This document shows positions 58,483 to 61,425 of a DNA stretch of 61,425 bases, one piece after another; positions within the stretch are counted from its first letter, which is position 1, and each line of letters opens with the position of its first letter. Source of the DNA: Thermoplasmata archaeon. GTDB lineage: Archaea; Thermoplasmatota; E2; DHVEG-1. Location of the stretch: NCBI GenBank assembly GCA_003942085.1, contig DQIQ01000005.1:1-61425 (forward strand), written 5' to 3'. The notes under the pieces were generated by a model, which made no database searches, had not been told where the DNA came from, and saw nothing but the letters and a program-made list of their open reading frames with translations. A program made the translations under genes and the position numbers.

Positions 58483-59994
58483 CTAGGACTTATTTTTTTT
58501 CCTTCTTACTTTATAAACGACACTGATAATCACAATTATTATTGCAATAAAAATTATTACCAACAGTACAAGTATGTAATCATAGGAACCAGCACCTAAG
58601 GATTTTTGATAGGGGATAATGGCGCTTGTCGCAGGTGTGTAACTATATTCGTATTTCCCATCGCCATTGACATCAATCAGAAATGTTCCATTCCCTGAGC
58701 TAAACAATGTGGTCACAACGCCGTTTGATTGGTTGTAGTGTGAATCGAAGACCTTATCTGCATTGGTATCAAGCAAGAAAAATAATCCATAATCATTGAG
58801 GATTCGAAGAACATCAGCGTTATTTGTTGGATCAGTTCCAAGTCGTAGTTCCTCTACATCGGTCAGACCATCGTTATCATCGTCAGGATCAACGCTATCT
58901 GGGATTCCATCGGAATCACTATCTTTTGGATAACTTAAGGCGTTACGCGAATCTGTCCCATAGTACCGTTCTGCTGCATCGCTCCAGCCATCTCCGTCGC
59001 TATCGTTTGTAGAGATATACGCTTTCGACCTGTTCACATTGGTCGCACCTTTGTTATCAGTAACCGTTAATGTGATAGTATAATTACCAACTCTGGAATA
59101 TGCATGATTGGTACGAACCTGAGTCGTTGTCACAGTAGTTCCATCGCCAAGGTTCCACGTATAATTCACAATGTAACCATCTGTATCATTTGATTTCGAT
59201 GCGTCAAATACGATAGATTCGTTCACCAGACCATAGTAAGGTCCGTTCGCATGAGCCAGAGGAGGCACATTTATCTCACTTGGACTTTCTCCAACTCCGC
59301 CATCACCTCCAGGCCCGCCTTGCTGTTGCTGTGCTGTCGTAAAATGATAGAACTGACCAGTGGAATTATCCTTTGCTTTATGTCCTGAATAATCGTACGA
59401 TATGACTTCGAAATAATAGGTGGTCTCCGGTTGTAAACTACTGAGGACAATCGCATGATTTTTCAAAAATTGATCATCATGTTTTACAGACCCAAGACTT
59501 GTCGTTATCCCATAATTTACTGTTGAATTAGCAAATTTATCAGTAGTCCATGATATTGTTGCCTGCGACTCTGTTAATGAGGAAATAGTAACGGTGCTTA
59601 TGATTACCGATGTCGTGTCTAATGAGACATTAAAATATGGTTCAAAATTACTATTTAATCCTCCGGTAACATACACTGCTGTTTGAGAAATAAGCGTACC
59701 ATCAATATAAAAAAGAATCGTTTTTCCTGCGTCACCCGAAGAACCGTTTACATAAAATGGCTGAGTTACCGTGGTAAAACCATAGGTTCCATTTTTTACT
59801 GTTGTATTGTAATAGATATTGTTGAGGTTGGCAGACACGATCGTTCCATCGATAGCAAGTTCTCCGGTTTCATCGATGACATATCCTTTGAACCGATGAG
59901 GAGGTGTTGGAATATCTACCGCTGCTGAAAATAACGACGAAGCAGCAAGGACAAAGATTAAGATAATTGAAAGTTCGACTGTTTTTTTTATCAT
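58483..59994 (-). CDS. Cell-surface protein (FN3, PKD, Asp-rich Ca-binding TSP3-like repeats, TM)
   Basis: PPHRFKGY domain shared with neighbour; DSDGDG and DDDNDGL repeats; TM anchor. Confidence 0.85.
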   Translation of the reverse strand: MIKKTVELSIILIFVLAASSLFSAAVDIPTPPHRFKGYVIDETGELAIDGTIVSANLNNIYYNTTVKNGTYGFTTVTQPFYVNGSSGDAGKTILFYIDGTLISQTAVYVTGGLNSNFEPYFNVSLDTTSVIISTVTISSLTESQATISWTTDKFANSTVNYGITTSLGSVKHDDQFLKNHAIVLSSLQPETTYYFEVISYDYSGHKAKDNSTGQFYHFTTAQQQQGGPGGDGGVGESPSEINVPPLAHANGPYYGLVNESIVFDASKSNDTDGYIVNYTWNLGDGTTVTTTQVRTNHAYSRVGNYTITLTVTDNKGATNVNRSKAYISTNDSDGDGWSDAAERYYGTDSRNALSYPKDSDSDGIPDSVDPDDDNDGLTDVEELRLGTDPTNNADVLRILNDYGLFFLLDTNADKVFDSHYNQSNGVVTTLFSSGNGTFLIDVNGDGKYEYSYTPATSAIIPYQKSLGAGSYDYILVLLVIIFIAIIIVIISVVYKVRRKKNKS

Positions 59995-60062
59995 TTGTTT
60001 TTTCTCCTGTTATTTCCCATAATGAAAAAGAAAGAAAAGAAAGATAAGAGAGATGTCATGGT

Positions 60063-61425
60063 TTAACTCGGGGTATACTGTTTATTTCCAGTGGTTTCTT
60101 TCCACATCCAGAATCCTTGACCAGGAACCATTTTTTGTGCACCGTTCAAGATGTTGACATATCCGGTACCAGTAAACTTGAACAAGGATCCAATGTCGTC
60201 ATCTGAGAGACTTGTAAGACCGCCTCCGTAGTTTGTCGAAGCAGTCTGGTTATAGGTTTGCCAATGTCCGATCAAATTCCATTTCTGTCCCGCTAAATTG
60301 AAGTATGGTGGTGAGGTAGGAGTCTCTGGCATTAAATTATAGTTCCCTATCAAGGTATCAGCAGAAGTCATATACACCCAATATCCTTGACCTGGTTCTA
60401 GTCTGAATTCTCCGTTATCGCCGATATCAGTCCATTGGCTCCAAGCATTAGCACTTGCATTGTAGTGCCATATTACAGCGAGGTTACTATCTATACCAGA
60501 AACAACTGTTGATATAAGGGTATTGGAGGTATCTGCCGGGAGAGATATTAAATTCCAACCTGATCGCATGGAGATTCTATAGGTATTGATAGTGATCGTT
60601 CCTGATGTTAGTGCGTTACCAGCTAGGTCAGCAACCGATCCTGCAATGCCAATGGTCGGCGAGTCACCAGTTTGGAACGTTCTATTGCATTTTAAAGTGA
60701 CAAGGTTTCCGGCCTTTGTTTGGATAGCAGTGATGCCGATATTTGTATCATTTATGCTGAAATCAGTGTAGAGCTCAGTAGCAGTATCCATCGCTTCGGT
60801 AAAGTAGACATCCACATAGGTGTAGTTCGTACCATCGTTATCTGCATCGAGAACTGCATACCATAATTGAGGCGATGTCACATCACCAGATGTTATTGCA
60901 GCATCTGTAAGAGCCGTGTTCGAAAGTAAATCAGCTAACGTTCCTGCAGTATAACCTGTGGTAACCGTTGTTGTACCAGAAATTGTAACCTCCAATGTGA
61001 AATATTTATCATTCACCACATCAGGATCTTTGGGATTTGCCGTTCCTACTCCATTTACACCTATAGAATTAATAGAACCAGAACTTAATGAGAAATGAGC
61101 CTTATTTACAGTTGCGTCAGAAATTGATTCGCTCATCTCAATAACAATTTCATCGAGGTTTCCATTGTCATCAGTATCGTACTGCCATGCTTTGACAAAT
61201 GTTGGTTTGACTTGATCCGCAGCATTCGCAGTCGCACCATTAGCCATCTCATTCGTAGCAGCAGACGCATCAAGCAAATTACCAGACGCAGCAACATACG
61301 CCACCGCAGGTGTCGAAGAAGTACTCGAAAGACCAGTTGTAGTAATAGTCATCGTAGTACCTGCCTCCACACCAGGGACAGTAATAACAGTAGCACCAGC
61401 AACAGTCCACGCTGAAGTCTCAGCA
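60063..61425 (-). CDS. S-layer-like/surface glycoprotein, C-terminal part (start outside window)
   Basis: Frame open to window end; Thr/Ala-rich Ig-like repeats; GWNLISLP...PGQGYWV C-terminal domain. Confidence 0.8.
   Translation of the reverse strand, partial: AETSAWTVAGATVITVPGVEAGTTMTITTTGLSSTSSTPAVAYVAASGNLLDASAATNEMANGATANAADQVKPTFVKAWQYDTDDNGNLDEIVIEMSESISDATVNKAHFSLSSGSINSIGVNGVGTANPKDPDVVNDKYFTLEVTISGTTTVTTGYTAGTLADLLSNTALTDAAITSGDVTSPQLWYAVLDADNDGTNYTYVDVYFTEAMDTATELYTDFSINDTNIGITAIQTKAGNLVTLKCNRTFQTGDSPTIGIAGSVADLAGNALTSGTITINTYRISMRSGWNLISLPADTSNTLISTVVSGIDSNLAVIWHYNASANAWSQWTDIGDNGEFRLEPGQGYWVYMTSADTLIGNYNLMPETPTSPPYFNLAGQKWNLIGHWQTYNQTASTNYGGGLTSLSDDDIGSLFKFTGTGYVNILNGAQKMVPGQGFWMWKETTGNKQYTPS

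Noticed and set aside
1-61425. CRISPR array, cas genes, integrase, transposase, reverse transcriptase or rRNA
   Set aside because: No repeat-spacer array and no ORF with the relevant motifs seen; the ATTAC repeats are 5-bp boxes tied to promoters

Overview
Archaeal chromosomal window; gene content and style suggest Thermoplasmatota, possibly a sediment MBG-D/DHVEG-1-like lineage (inference). 1-15.5 kb: tRNA-Ser(GCT) with an orphan tRNA 3' fragment, rfcL, htpX/lemA, lsrF-like aldolase, MEDS histidine kinase, pepD and an ArsS radical-SAM/TIGR04282-04283 glycosyltransferase cluster. 15.6-55.3 kb: a ~40 kb signalling island centred on KaiC-like proteins. It holds a double-domain KaiC (phospho-site S-T retained) fused to PAS/GAF sensors and a kinase core whose phospho-His is Arg, a single-domain KaiC, five Walker-A-less KaiC-like proteins, four stand-alone receivers, two more kinases, two output-less sensors with a shared coiled-coil tail, a CheB/CheR fusion, a type IV pilus operon and a ribbon-helix-helix (RHH) regulator. 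Promoters across the island share ATTAC repeats phased at exactly 11 bp, in four cases exactly 19 bp from a TATA box; this is a candidate RHH regulon. 55.6-61.4 kb: large surface proteins. Domain calls come from motif recognition by eye; no database searches were run.
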